A stretch of 64,000 bases of DNA from the IMG/VR virus record IMGVR_UViG_3300033498_000048, positions 1 to 64,000 of that record; one strand, written 5' to 3'. Each line of letters begins with the position of its first letter. The first letter of the stretch is position 1. Below the pieces are notes generated by a model. The model made no database searches, was not told where the DNA came from, and saw only the letters and a list, made by a program, of their open reading frames with translations. This DNA is from a virus. Taxonomy: Duplodnaviria; Caudoviricetes. The position numbers and the translations under genes were made by a program. Positions 35,466 to 45,317 of the stretch are shown here, in pieces.

Positions 35466-35538
35466 ACTATCAATGACTTAGCACTTGGAACTATTATATA
35501 ACTAAGACCATACCGTAAGTGCTAAGTCATTGATAGTT
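35465..35538. repeat. single palindromic element with perfect 22-bp arms
   Basis: AACTATCAATGACTTAGCACTT-N30-AAGTGCTAAGTCATTGATAGTT. Confidence 0.92.
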
Positions 35539-35966
35539 TACTTTGTAAACACCACGTTACATCCTGTAAATCAGATTGGATTCGATATAAGCTAAACTCA
35601 TTGCATGGAATAAATATTCGTACAAGGTCGTCACTTGTATATGAATAGTTATCTACCAAAATAACTAACTATAGATATAATTCCATTGGATATTATCTTG
35701 TGAAGATGGTGTCCAAGTAATACATTATCACAATTTACAATTGGCTTACAGTGTAAGAAATCACTGAACCCTATTTGTTCTATGGTTATTGCTGGTATAT
35801 TAATTGGAACAAATATTGTCGATAACATTTCATTTGGAATATCTGACCAAGCTAACCACTTTTGCCACGAACTTTTTGCATCAGATACAAGTAATTCATC
35901 TAAAAGCAAAATCGGACTAATAACTTTGGTATTCGCAATCTTTGCTACATTGCTGTATTTTTCATA

Positions 35967-37598
35967 TTACACTATAATCCTTGACATAATCTCTTGGTTT
36001 AATGCTATGCCCATTAAATCATTAGCAGTTTTTGGGTTTTTAACTGAACTATCAATTTGATTGCCCATTAAAAATCCTATGGTAGAACCGTTATATCCAC
36101 TCATATAAAACACATTTTCATTATCCCCGTATGTTTCAAATTTTGCTGTGGACTTTTTACCATAAAATGAATTTGGAATATCCCAAAATACAAATACAAA
36201 TTCGTCAACAAAAACACTAGGGAATCCACCTAATAACAATTCATTTTTAAAGCCTTCAACATTTGTTAATGTATCGGATTGACCAGCTTTATCAAATTCA
36301 CCATCACTTAAACACAATATTCCAGTAGGAAACCGTGATAATTCAATTCCAGATTTTAAAAAGTCAACAAATGACGTAGCCACTGCTAATAAGTTAGTTG
36401 AACCAACATTTTCTGAATTATCATTTTGGATTCTTTCAACTGGTGTTAATCCATTCCAAACCTTTAATGTTGCGTCAGTTCCAAACTCATAAAAAATGTT
36501 ATTAAATGGACCAGTCAACATATAACTGAAAAACAATGCTAATGATTTTCCAATATCATAACTAGATACTTTTAATCCATAAGCATTATCTGTCATTGAT
36601 AACGATGTATCGAGAACCGTAATAAAGTTGGCTTTTCGATTTACATTATTGGATGCCAATTCGACTAAACCCATAAATTGTTTATTGATTGTCATTGTTT
36701 CCATCAATGATAACTTTTTATTAGTGTGATTGGACTTAACTTTAGCTAACAATTCAAATGGATAGCCAGTATATTTAACAACAGGTTTATTATCAATCCA
36801 AGTTAAATACCTATCGGTTAAATTGTGTTTTTCTAAAAACTTAGATGAAACAAGTTTAGATAATGCTCTCCCTGGAATTGAATTAAAATCCAATTGTGAC
36901 ATCAATTGTTTACTGATTTGTTGCTGCCATGTGTTTGCAGTTCCACTTGATTTCAATTCACGGTACTTTTGATATGGACTAAAATCTCCACGTTTAATTT
37001 TACCAAACATCGTTGTGGCTAAATGTTTTGCAATATAATGTCTAGCTTGTATTCTTGGTGTCTTATTGGCAATATTTGAACTAATTGATGGTAAGTACAT
37101 TTTCACCAATCCAGTAGTTTGTGGATTTTCTAATCCAGCTAATATCAAATTAGTGAATGCTATCCAATTAAGTTTTCTATTAGCCCAACCATTATGCTCT
37201 AAATCATAAGTTAGCATTTGAAAAATGTCTTTCCATGACCCAGCACAAATAATCAATTCAATGTTGTTCCAAAATAATTCTGGAACAATTCTAGCTAACC
37301 ACATTGCCCTAATAATTGATTCGTGTTTTAAGCCTTGTCCACGTTGTACCGTTTCAGTAATTGTTCCATCAAAGAATTTAACTTTTCTATCAATTAATCT
37401 AAGATATAAGGTTAAAGCCAACGTTTTGTGTGGACATTGTGAATATAACAATCGCATATCAGCACTAATTGATTCCCATGTTCTAATTTCACGATAATGT
37501 GACACAGAACCAAACTGGTCAATAAAATCATCACCTGTTGTAGCGTACTTTAATGCTCCATTACCTGATTTTATTCCCACTGAATTTTTATTAATCAT
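35967..37598 (-). CDS. DUF2828-type TROVE-like / vWA protein
   Basis: SGNGALKYATTG, RGQGLKHE, GSWKDIF, KMYLPS, KYRELKS, IPGRAL, YPFEL; MIDAS LDTSLSM; GSTNL; LSDGEFD. Confidence 0.75.
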   Translation of the reverse strand: MINKNSVGIKSGNGALKYATTGDDFIDQFGSVSHYREIRTWESISADMRLLYSQCPHKTLALTLYLRLIDRKVKFFDGTITETVQRGQGLKHESIIRAMWLARIVPELFWNNIELIICAGSWKDIFQMLTYDLEHNGWANRKLNWIAFTNLILAGLENPQTTGLVKMYLPSISSNIANKTPRIQARHYIAKHLATTMFGKIKRGDFSPYQKYRELKSSGTANTWQQQISKQLMSQLDFNSIPGRALSKLVSSKFLEKHNLTDRYLTWIDNKPVVKYTGYPFELLAKVKSNHTNKKLSLMETMTINKQFMGLVELASNNVNRKANFITVLDTSLSMTDNAYGLKVSSYDIGKSLALFFSYMLTGPFNNIFYEFGTDATLKVWNGLTPVERIQNDNSENVGSTNLLAVATSFVDFLKSGIELSRFPTGILCLSDGEFDKAGQSDTLTNVEGFKNELLLGGFPSVFVDEFVFVFWDIPNSFYGKKSTAKFETYGDNENVFYMSGYNGSTIGFLMGNQIDSSVKNPKTANDLMGIALNQEIMSRIIV

Positions 37599-37625
37599 GT
37601 TTATTTCCTTTAGTCAATATCTAAC

Positions 37626-37890
37626 AATCAATGACTTAGCACTTGGAACAGGTTATTAATTACTTAATAGCTGCAAGTGCTAAGTCATTGATTGTTGGTT
37701 AAGTTACCATTCATACTCAATTATAAAGAATCAATAGGTTAGCACTTACATGGGTGTATTAGTTATATAACCGTTCTAAATGCTAAGTCATTGATTGTAT
37801 TATCATTCATTGTCATCTACTATAAATCAATGAGTTAGCACTTGGACGTTGTTACTGATTACCTAATCACGTCCAAGTGCTAAAACTAGC
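37626..37890. repeat. palindromic element cluster (3 units)
   Basis: Left arms at 37636, 37739, 37835. Confidence 0.9.
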
Positions 37891-37891
37891 T

Positions 37892-38194
37892 TCATTTGGT
37901 TTCGGCATCTTTAAAAACAGGTTGTATGAAGGTATTAACCTTTAAAATAACATCATTAACATTCACATCATCAATTGATATAGAGTAATCAACAACTTGT
38001 TTATTACCATAATTGATTAATTGAACTCGAATACGATTTAACCAGATAAAGATTAAGATGTTGATGTCAGGATAATCTGATTTGTGATACAAGCACGGAA
38101 AACCACATTGCGAACCAGATTGTAAGTCTACTCCAGTGATACCAGTTTTAACATTGTTGAAAATTTGATTTATTGTTTCATTCGTAAATGGCAT
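37892..38194 (-). CDS. hypothetical protein
   Basis: ATG at 38194 (MPFTNE); the longer call starts inside a repeat. Confidence 0.55.
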   Translation of the reverse strand: MPFTNETINQIFNNVKTGITGVDLQSGSQCGFPCLYHKSDYPDINILIFIWLNRIRVQLINYGNKQVVDYSISIDDVNVNDVILKVNTFIQPVFKDAETK

Positions 38195-38210
38195 CTTAAT
38201 TTGCTCCGTA

Positions 38211-38670
38211 TATGTTAGCACTTGTAGTTATTAGGTAATTTGTAACACCTCTAAGTGCTATCTTGTTGATTTAATTGATAATAATATATACTAATATAAT
38301 CAATAAGTTAGCACTTAGAACAGTTATATAACTAAGACCAGACTGCAAGTGCTAACTCATTGATTCAAATGGCGTTTGATTAATTTAAGTTAATTCAATG
38401 AGTTAGCACTTAGGGCGTGTTACAAATTACCTAATGCCTGTAAGTGCTAACTCATTGATTCTTATGTAATACGATTTATATCAATTAATTCAATAAGATA
38501 GCATTTGGAGCGTGTTATAAATTACTTAACGACTGTAAGTGCTAACTCACTGATTTTTATATAATATAATTTACCTCAATTAAATCAATAAGATAGCACT
38601 TGGAGTCTGGTCTTAGTTATATAACTGTTCTAAGTGCTAACTCACTGATATACACACTGTTAGCATTTGC
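38211..38670. repeat. palindromic element array (5 units, 95-bp period)
   Basis: Left arms at 38215, 38308, 38403, 38498, 38593. Confidence 0.92.
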
Positions 38671-38677
38671 CTGATGG

Positions 38678-38908
38678 TTAATTTAAAAGTCTCCTATACA
38701 AATAACAATTAAGCTCTTTGTCAGACTTTATTGGAAAATACTCGTCTAATACTTCATCACATATCCAATAATCAGAACCACTAAAATCTATTTGTGGATA
38801 ATCATGCTTTAATTGTGATGAATATAATGTCTCACCTCGGTCTATACAATATCGTTGCGATATACTAATATACCCAGCTAATATTGCTTCAATTTTAAAG
38901 ATACTCAT
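38678..38908 (-). CDS. hypothetical protein
   Basis: 76-aa ORF with GAGG RBS. Confidence 0.6.
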   Translation of the reverse strand: MSIFKIEAILAGYISISQRYCIDRGETLYSSQLKHDYPQIDFSGSDYWICDEVLDEYFPIKSDKELNCYLYRRLLN

Positions 38909-39049
38909 TTACACCTCTTAATGGAACATATCCATGCTCGATAAACTTTTGTTTAAGCTCTTCCAATGACATTGAGTTAATACGTTCCATAGCTCGTTTA
39001 GCCAATTCTTGAATGTTCATTTCACTTCTCCAATGTTTTTGATTGTGTT

Positions 39050-39185
39050 AGTTAGCACTTGCTGGATTCAGATATATTAACGATGTCAAAGTGCTTTCCA
39101 GTTAATATTCAATATCAATTAAAACAATGAGTTAGCACTTGGAGCTGTCTATTAATTAACTACCACTTGTAAGTGCTAACTTATT
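39050..39185. repeat. palindromic elements (1 degenerate, 1 full)
   Basis: TTAGCACTT near 39052 and 39133. Confidence 0.8.
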
Positions 39186-39187
39186 GT

Positions 39188-39433
39188 TTAATATCGTTTA
39201 TCTTGTTTTGACACCCATTCCCAAGCGGATTCTTCACTTTCAAAAACGTGGAATTGGGCAAAATGAATCTTTCTGTGTTTACAGTTTCTAATATCTAAAA
39301 AACTACCATTGTCATCTCCAGTTATATGATTCACAACATTAGTTGTCTTAAAATCTCTGGTTCCATTTTTATATCGAAGTTCAAGTATATTATACATTTT
39401 CATTAAACCTATCAATTGATTTGAATATTGCAT
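39188..39433 (-). CDS. hypothetical protein
   Basis: 81-aa ORF. Confidence 0.5.
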   Translation of the reverse strand: MQYSNQLIGLMKMYNILELRYKNGTRDFKTTNVVNHITGDDNGSFLDIRNCKHRKIHFAQFHVFESEESAWEWVSKQDKRY

Positions 39434-39704
39434 TTAAGTTTTTAATTCCAACTGGATTAGCAGAATGAACTTGTAATTTTAATTGACTTGGATATTGTCC
39501 GTTATATGCCAATTCTTCTAAGTATTCAGCAATCGGAATGCTAGTTACTGGAATATCATTAATTGTTCCTAAGTCGTGGTCAAATGATATAACAGTTATT
39601 CTTTCTATAGATTCTTTTATCAGTTCCATAGCAGATTCTAAATCCCTAACTAATATCCAAGAACTGTCTGGTTGGTCTCTAATATCATCAATATATATTT
39701 TCAT
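39390..39704 (-). CDS. cyclic-phosphate-processing receiver (cREC)-like domain protein
   Basis: MKIYIDDIR..P..W.LVR...ISFDHDLG...VHSANPVG is the characteristic pattern. Confidence 0.75.
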   Translation of the reverse strand: MKIYIDDIRDQPDSSWILVRDLESAMELIKESIERITVISFDHDLGTINDIPVTSIPIAEYLEELAYNGQYPSQLKLQVHSANPVGIKNLNAIFKSIDRFNENV

Positions 39705-39723
39705 ATAAAACTCCTCATAATAA

Positions 39724-39790
39724 AATCAGTAGGTTAGCACTTGGAACGGTTATATAACTAATACCACGTTGTAAGTGCTAACTCATTGTT
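39724..39790. repeat. single palindromic element
   Basis: TTAGCACTT-N30-AAGTGCTAA. Confidence 0.88.
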
Positions 39791-39803
39791 TCGTATAGAA
39801 CGG

Positions 39804-40130
39804 CTAAGGAGCTATACCGACATCATAAGAATAATTATCACCATCACAATATCGCTCCACCCAATCTAAATATTCCTTAGATGGTTCATCATGTGTACAT
39901 ATTGAATATTCGCCTTTACCGTTACTCCACTTTCTTATCGAGATTTCCATTTTAGTGTTTTTTATGATTCTAGCTATCTGGTCTAATACCCACGCTTTAT
40001 GGTGTGAACCATCTATTTGTCCATATCGAAATAGATAATGTTCTATCCAATCTTCTTTAGTGTAATCTTTATATGGAGTGTTTTCTATATCAACTGGAAA
40101 TAGACCCAAATATCGTACTTCGTCTTTCAT
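39804..40130 (-). CDS. conserved phage hypothetical protein
   Basis: RYGQIDGSHHKAWVLDQIARI...YDVGIAP. Confidence 0.65.
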   Translation of the reverse strand: MKDEVRYLGLFPVDIENTPYKDYTKEDWIEHYLFRYGQIDGSHHKAWVLDQIARIIKNTKMEISIRKWSNGKGEYSICTHDEPSKEYLDWVERYCDGDNYSYDVGIAP

Positions 40131-40262
40131 ATTTCAACCTCATTTAATTTTAGGGTTAGCTGGCTGTTGATTATAAAACTTTTATGTGATGTTCTATTGG
40201 AATGATAGTAATTGATTCTATCGTATGGATTTCACTACCTTCATATCCATACGGCATAAACT

Positions 40263-40577
40263 TTATGTGTTTTTTTCACATTTACTCCTTTGTTGTTTTC
40301 TAATATTAACACCACACATTAATAATTCTTCCCTCAAATTATTATCAAACGGATATTGTCTTAACTTACTAGCAAACATTCCATATCTATCAATTACTAA
40401 TTTGTTATCATTCAAAAGAACATAATATCCCTCTAAACTTTGTTGACAGATTTGAATTTGTGCATTTAATAATTCATATTCGTTGACATATCCCAATAAC
40501 ACATCTTCATTATCATATAACGGTATTCTAACATAATCAATAGTTTTCAACTCAATCATTCTTATTCTCCAGTTCAA
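40263..40577 (-). CDS. hypothetical protein
   Basis: 104-aa ORF. Confidence 0.55.
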   Translation of the reverse strand: MNWRIRMIELKTIDYVRIPLYDNEDVLLGYVNEYELLNAQIQICQQSLEGYYVLLNDNKLVIDRYGMFASKLRQYPFDNNLREELLMCGVNIRKQQRSKCEKNT

Positions 40578-40583
40578 CTTTAC

Positions 40584-40844
40584 CTAAAAACTAGGTCTAT
40601 ATTTCAACTTATCATATTCACTCTTGTCAATTAATTGTAGTTTTTTACCAATTAAGGTTTGGTTATAACAATCTATTATAACCAAACCAACTGCTTTCAA
40701 ATCCCAACCACATTCATTGCACCACACATGACCATCTATAGAGTTTAATATCGTATGGTTATCACCTACAATCATTGCATATTGGCTAGTCATTGACATT
40801 CCAATATTATCAAATTTTACTCCATTCACACGTTCAATATTCAC
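40584..40844 (-). CDS. hypothetical protein
   Basis: 86-aa ORF. Confidence 0.55.
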   Translation of the reverse strand: MNIERVNGVKFDNIGMSMTSQYAMIVGDNHTILNSIDGHVWCNECGWDLKAVGLVIIDCYNQTLIGKKLQLIDKSEYDKLKYRPSF

Positions 40845-40866
40845 AACTAACTCCTTATAATAATTA

Positions 40867-41030
40867 AATCAATAAGTTAGCACTTATTGGCATTAGTTAA
40901 TTAGTAACACCGTCCAAGTGCTAACCTACTGATTTAATTGAGTATAATATACACTAATATTATCAATAGGTTAGCACTTGGACCAGTTAAGTAATTAATA
41001 CCACGTTGTAAGTGCTAACTCATTGATTTA
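40867..41030. repeat. palindromic element cluster (2 units)
   Basis: Left arms at 40877 and 40971. Confidence 0.9.
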
Positions 41031-41032
41031 TA

Positions 41033-42247
41033 TTACACTAATATAATTGTGTTGAATTTAGTACGACTGAGTGCAGTGTACAAACAACGCAGTTTTTCTT
41101 CAATAGTTCCAGGCATACTTAAGATGTCTTTTGTGTTGATTACTGTAGTATCATACGATGACCCCTGGGATTGATGTGCAGTTAAACAATATGAATGTTT
41201 AACATGAATAAACGTATCTCTAAATTTATAATAATCTTTCCAAGTAAACGATTTATCACCTTTAGCTAATTGATTTCCCATTTCAGTTAATATGGAATTT
41301 AAACCAATTCTATCTTGTGGAGCAACAAAACTATTGTTAATGACTAATGATGGAATTTCAAATTTTACACTTCCAACTTTGATTATTGAATTATGTGGCT
41401 CTATATCTTCAACATCAATAATATCACCAATATTCATTACAATGGTGTTATTAGTATCAAGTTTATATGGACGCTGTAATATCAACGATTCGTTCTTTGA
41501 GTATATGAACTCTGCATTTGGATAAATTGTTTGATGACATAAATCATTTAGATTATCTACAACTACATTCCTATACGCAATAGCCGAACAGTTTTTGGTA
41601 TTTAACTTATTAGCCATTTGATTCAATATTGAAATGAAGTTATCACTTTTACGAATTATAATAACACTTCTGGTGATTCCATCTTTTCCAACGATTTGTC
41701 CAGAAAACTTAGATAAGTCTGGAATAATATTCGTTTTTGACAATATTAATGTGCGTAACAATGCCAATAATGGTCTTATTGGATGATTAACATTCGTTTG
41801 TCTCATTTGTTCAGTTAATGTGATACTTTCATGTACCAAAGAAAATGCTGGACTATAATTTAAATTTACTGGAAATAATTGTGCTTCATCTCCAACAATA
41901 ACAATCTTAATATGTTTTAATCGTTTAACTCTTGAACATATTATATCATCAACCATACTACCTTCATCTATTACTAATACATCATATTGTGTAGATTTAC
42001 ATTCACCTTTTTTGTCAATACTGACAACTCCAGTATATTCATTTACAACTAAGCCTAAGAATGAATATATCGTCATACAATCAATTTGATTACAACCCAT
42101 TTCAATTAGTACATTCACAGCTTTGTTAGTTGGAGCTGTAAATGCTATACGAACATTCTTTGACACCTGTTGTAATAAATACGTTTTCCCAGTTCCAGCT
42201 TCACCGTATAGCCCTATTCGTTTATCCCTAGGGCTATTCATAATCAA
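41033..42247 (-). CDS. dda: Dda-like SF1B DNA helicase
   Basis: GEAGTGKT, APTNKA, DEGSM, GDEAQLFPV, LTEQMRQ, CLTAHQSQGSSYD, LYTALSR. Confidence 0.85.
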   Translation of the reverse strand: MIMNSPRDKRIGLYGEAGTGKTYLLQQVSKNVRIAFTAPTNKAVNVLIEMGCNQIDCMTIYSFLGLVVNEYTGVVSIDKKGECKSTQYDVLVIDEGSMVDDIICSRVKRLKHIKIVIVGDEAQLFPVNLNYSPAFSLVHESITLTEQMRQTNVNHPIRPLLALLRTLILSKTNIIPDLSKFSGQIVGKDGITRSVIIIRKSDNFISILNQMANKLNTKNCSAIAYRNVVVDNLNDLCHQTIYPNAEFIYSKNESLILQRPYKLDTNNTIVMNIGDIIDVEDIEPHNSIIKVGSVKFEIPSLVINNSFVAPQDRIGLNSILTEMGNQLAKGDKSFTWKDYYKFRDTFIHVKHSYCLTAHQSQGSSYDTTVINTKDILSMPGTIEEKLRCLYTALSRTKFNTIILV

Positions 42248-42306
42248 ATCAACAGCATTATTTTGTAATTGATTTAATTTAATTTTATATCACTCCACAA
42301 CTTTAG

Positions 42307-42729
42307 TTACCGATTATCGTTATCAATTATCAAATCAGACTTTGGATTAAAAATGAACAATCTAAGTTCTTCTTTAGACAAATCAGCAGTTGTGCCACTC
42401 GATTGGTGGTCAATGTAACTATCTTTATCAAGGTCATACACAACAGAAGAACATCCTGTTTGTTCCATAATAACTTCCGTTAATAAAGCTAACTTGGAAT
42501 AACTATGCTGATAATCTACAGCTACATAATTTGCCTTAGTTATGGCATCATTATATTCTTCATAACCCCAACCAAACTCACCTCCAGTCAACGTTACAAC
42601 ACCATCCTCATTAACTGGTAATGTTTCTAATAACTCATCCGTATCACTAATTGAAATTGAATGAGTTGAGGATGAGTTAGTTTCAAATACATCTTTTCTA
42701 ATTATTTGCTTCATTTTGTTTTCCCTCAA
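42307..42729 (-). CDS. FETNSSSTHS-motif protein
   Basis: IRKDVFETNSSSTHSISI...GGEFGWG...YIDHQS...FIFNPKS.L.IDNDN. Confidence 0.7.
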   Translation of the reverse strand: MRENKMKQIIRKDVFETNSSSTHSISISDTDELLETLPVNEDGVVTLTGGEFGWGYEEYNDAITKANYVAVDYQHSYSKLALLTEVIMEQTGCSSVVYDLDKDSYIDHQSSGTTADLSKEELRLFIFNPKSDLIIDNDNR

Positions 42730-43615
42730 TTGTAATAATTGCCCATTTTGCCACGTCTGCGTCCGAATCAGTAGTTAATTGTTCTAATGCCCAATTTGGT
42801 AGTTTTTCATTTGTAGCAAGTTCCATACGAATATACTTGTCATCACAATCTAAGAATTTAACTAAGAGGTCAGCTGGACAATTATCATTATAAACCATAG
42901 TTGTTTTAATATCTTTATAAGTGTCATCAGCTTCAACTATAGCCAATATGTGATGTGGGGTATTCTCATTTGAAATTATCTCGGTTACTATTTCCAAGTT
43001 ATCCATATTCAAATTAAACAACAATTCCAATATTGAATCAGTTGATTTTGGATGACTAGCAACATCTAATTTATCACTATATGTTCCATTAATAGCCCAC
43101 TCGGTTAATGTTTCAACATCAACATTCGTGTCGTAGCCATTATCATTTCCAGTTTTAAGTATTGACTTTGGGTTAAAGATAAAACTTCTTAATAATTCTG
43201 GAGATTCAAATAAATAATGTAAGTCTTTACTCTCAACAGATTGATGGTCAATATAACCAAAATCAAAATACAATTCATTTGTAGTGTAATTCTTTTTAGG
43301 AGTACCCTTAAAAATTACATTATCACATTGAGTTTGTTCTTTAATAATCTGCTTCAATACAGATAGGAATTGTTCACTTTTATCTCCAGACCAATCTAAA
43401 GCATAAATTAGGGAATAATTAGCTTTATCTATTGTGTTGGAATATGTTTTCCATTCCCAACCAAACTTACCTCCAGTTATAATAACATTACCATCAATAT
43501 CAACTGGCAACGTTTCAAACAATTCATTTGCTAATGTTGAATCCAATGATATTGAATGGGTTGAAGATGAATTTGTTTCAAACACTTTTTTTCTAATCAT
43601 ATTATTTGTTCTCAT
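42698..43615 (-). CDS. FETNSSSTHS-motif protein with C-terminal helical-repeat extension
   Basis: Paralogue of 42307-42729 (IRKKVFETNSSSTHS, GGKFGWE, YIDHQS, FIFNPKS); C-terminal LA.N..TP/LP repeats. Confidence 0.72.
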   Translation of the reverse strand: MRTNNMIRKKVFETNSSSTHSISLDSTLANELFETLPVDIDGNVIITGGKFGWEWKTYSNTIDKANYSLIYALDWSGDKSEQFLSVLKQIIKEQTQCDNVIFKGTPKKNYTTNELYFDFGYIDHQSVESKDLHYLFESPELLRSFIFNPKSILKTGNDNGYDTNVDVETLTEWAINGTYSDKLDVASHPKSTDSILELLFNLNMDNLEIVTEIISNENTPHHILAIVEADDTYKDIKTTMVYNDNCPADLLVKFLDCDDKYIRMELATNEKLPNWALEQLTTDSDADVAKWAIITIEGKQNEANN

Positions 43616-43913
43616 AGTAAGGTTCCTCGGTTGAGTCGGATGAAGTGTTTAATAAGCCCATACTAATTAATTGGTCATACCTATAGCTCTGGAATTTAGA
43701 CTTCACTTTCGATTTTCGCCTTGGTTTTATTGTTATTTCACATTCCCACACCTCCCAATCCCCACCTTTTGGAGGATTAATACAACCAACTATCATTCCA
43801 GCAAACAGTTGTGAACCCTTATCGTTAGGGTTACTTGTAACAAACTTTCCAATGGTTTTAAATTCACGTTCGCCTGTTATTGGCTCTAAATCAATTGCTA
43901 ATGTTTTTTTCAT
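43602..43913 (-). CDS. hypothetical protein
   Basis: ATG at 43913 (MKKTLA) overlaps the radical SAM stop. Confidence 0.55.
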   Translation of the reverse strand: MKKTLAIDLEPITGEREFKTIGKFVTSNPNDKGSQLFAGMIVGCINPPKGGDWEVWECEITIKPRRKSKVKSKFQSYRYDQLISMGLLNTSSDSTEEPYYENK

Positions 43914-44766
43914 AATAGTTTTTAATGGATTGATAATTGCTTTTATGTTCATTCCGTGATGATGGAGAAAAATACTTATCAACGGCATTAATATAAAATG
44001 AGTGTTCGTGTTGGTATGATGATTTCCACAAATCATCTGGAATGAATCTTTTTATCTTTAATTGTTCCAATGCTAAATTATCAAACGCAACAACATCAAA
44101 CAACTTAAATAGCTCATTTACATACCATAACCATTGTTTGTGTGAACGTGATGTTAAGTCAACTTTACCTAGATTGAATCCAAAGTCCTTTTCACCTAAA
44201 ATTAATATCTTTTTAACACCTATTGTAGATAGCCCTTTAACTGCACTAAAATCGTCTATACCAGCGATAACGTGGACAACCATGTTATCATACTCAGTGA
44301 ACGGTATAAACGCTGTAATGGCACGGAATGACACTCCAAGACCATATATTAACTGATTATCAATCAAGTGTTGGATGTGTTTACGCATTGAAGCTATTGT
44401 TAATTGATTAACTGTAAGATTGCATATGAAACCACACTCTTTAGCCCAATGTAAGAACTCCCACAATTGTTCTGAATATTGGTTACAACCGATAGCCAAT
44501 TCAATTCCAGCTGGAATTTCTGCTAACACAGACTTTAACTCGGTGTAATCACACTCATCACCATCCACAGTTGCGGATTCGTGGCAAAAGTGACACACCG
44601 ACTTTCCAGTATTTTTATTATAACCAAGTGGACACCCAGATTGGACTCGAATATCAATGTTTAACGGATAATCAAGTTTAAGTTCATTATCCACCCAAGT
44701 AACGGTTCTTGTTCCGTCTAATAATACCGAAACAACGGCATTACCATTTGTATATTCTACAATCAT
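43891..44766 (-). CDS. radical SAM protein
   Basis: PLNIDIRVQSGCPLG...CHFCHES (CxxxC motif with insertion), ELAIG, NLTVN, VAFDNLALEQL. Confidence 0.78.
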   Translation of the reverse strand: MIVEYTNGNAVVSVLLDGTRTVTWVDNELKLDYPLNIDIRVQSGCPLGYNKNTGKSVCHFCHESATVDGDECDYTELKSVLAEIPAGIELAIGCNQYSEQLWEFLHWAKECGFICNLTVNQLTIASMRKHIQHLIDNQLIYGLGVSFRAITAFIPFTEYDNMVVHVIAGIDDFSAVKGLSTIGVKKILILGEKDFGFNLGKVDLTSRSHKQWLWYVNELFKLFDVVAFDNLALEQLKIKRFIPDDLWKSSYQHEHSFYINAVDKYFSPSSRNEHKSNYQSIKNYYEKNISN

Positions 44767-44768
44767 AA

Positions 44769-45317
44769 TTAACCTTTTTTCTTAATTTTTAAAAGTTCAT
44801 TAATAATGGAGTTAAGTTTAATGTTTTCAACATCGGGTGTCAACAAGTTTAATACATTTTGAAGTAAATCGGTTTTATTCGGAAATATTAATTTTAGTGC
44901 TTCTTCACCTGAACCATATACTCCAAGATACCAAACATCATCTGGAATCGAATGTCCAATTATAGATTCAAATCTTGTCCTATTAAAAAACAATATTGAT
45001 GGAACATCATACACCACTGGAATAATTAAAGCAGTTGAACCACGACAAATATGAGTCATTGATTTAATCATATCAACCTGCTCATCGCGTTTTTTGTTAT
45101 TTGATGTGTAAGCATTATACACATATATTCCAATACTTGGTTCATCTGTCAATATTCTTGAAAATTGTCCAATTGCGGAACTGTAAATATCATTCTCATA
45201 AACCTTATATTGGTCTTTTTCAAATATCGTAGACAATATTTTATCTACAATTTTCAAATTTAATTCAGTATCACACAACACTCTAATTCTTCTTTTCATA
45301 ATATACTCATTTATCAA
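44769..45317 (-). CDS. hypothetical protein
   Basis: 182-aa ORF. Confidence 0.6.
   Translation of the reverse strand: MINEYIMKRRIRVLCDTELNLKIVDKILSTIFEKDQYKVYENDIYSSAIGQFSRILTDEPSIGIYVYNAYTSNNKKRDEQVDMIKSMTHICRGSTALIIPVVYDVPSILFFNRTRFESIIGHSIPDDVWYLGVYGSGEEALKLIFPNKTDLLQNVLNLLTPDVENIKLNSIINELLKIKKKG

Noticed and set aside
38211-38670. CRISPR array interpretation of the periodic repeats
   Set aside because: Both the 30-nt inner spacers and the linkers are semi-conserved between units rather than unique, units are inverted-repeat pairs in both orientations, and no cas genes are present.
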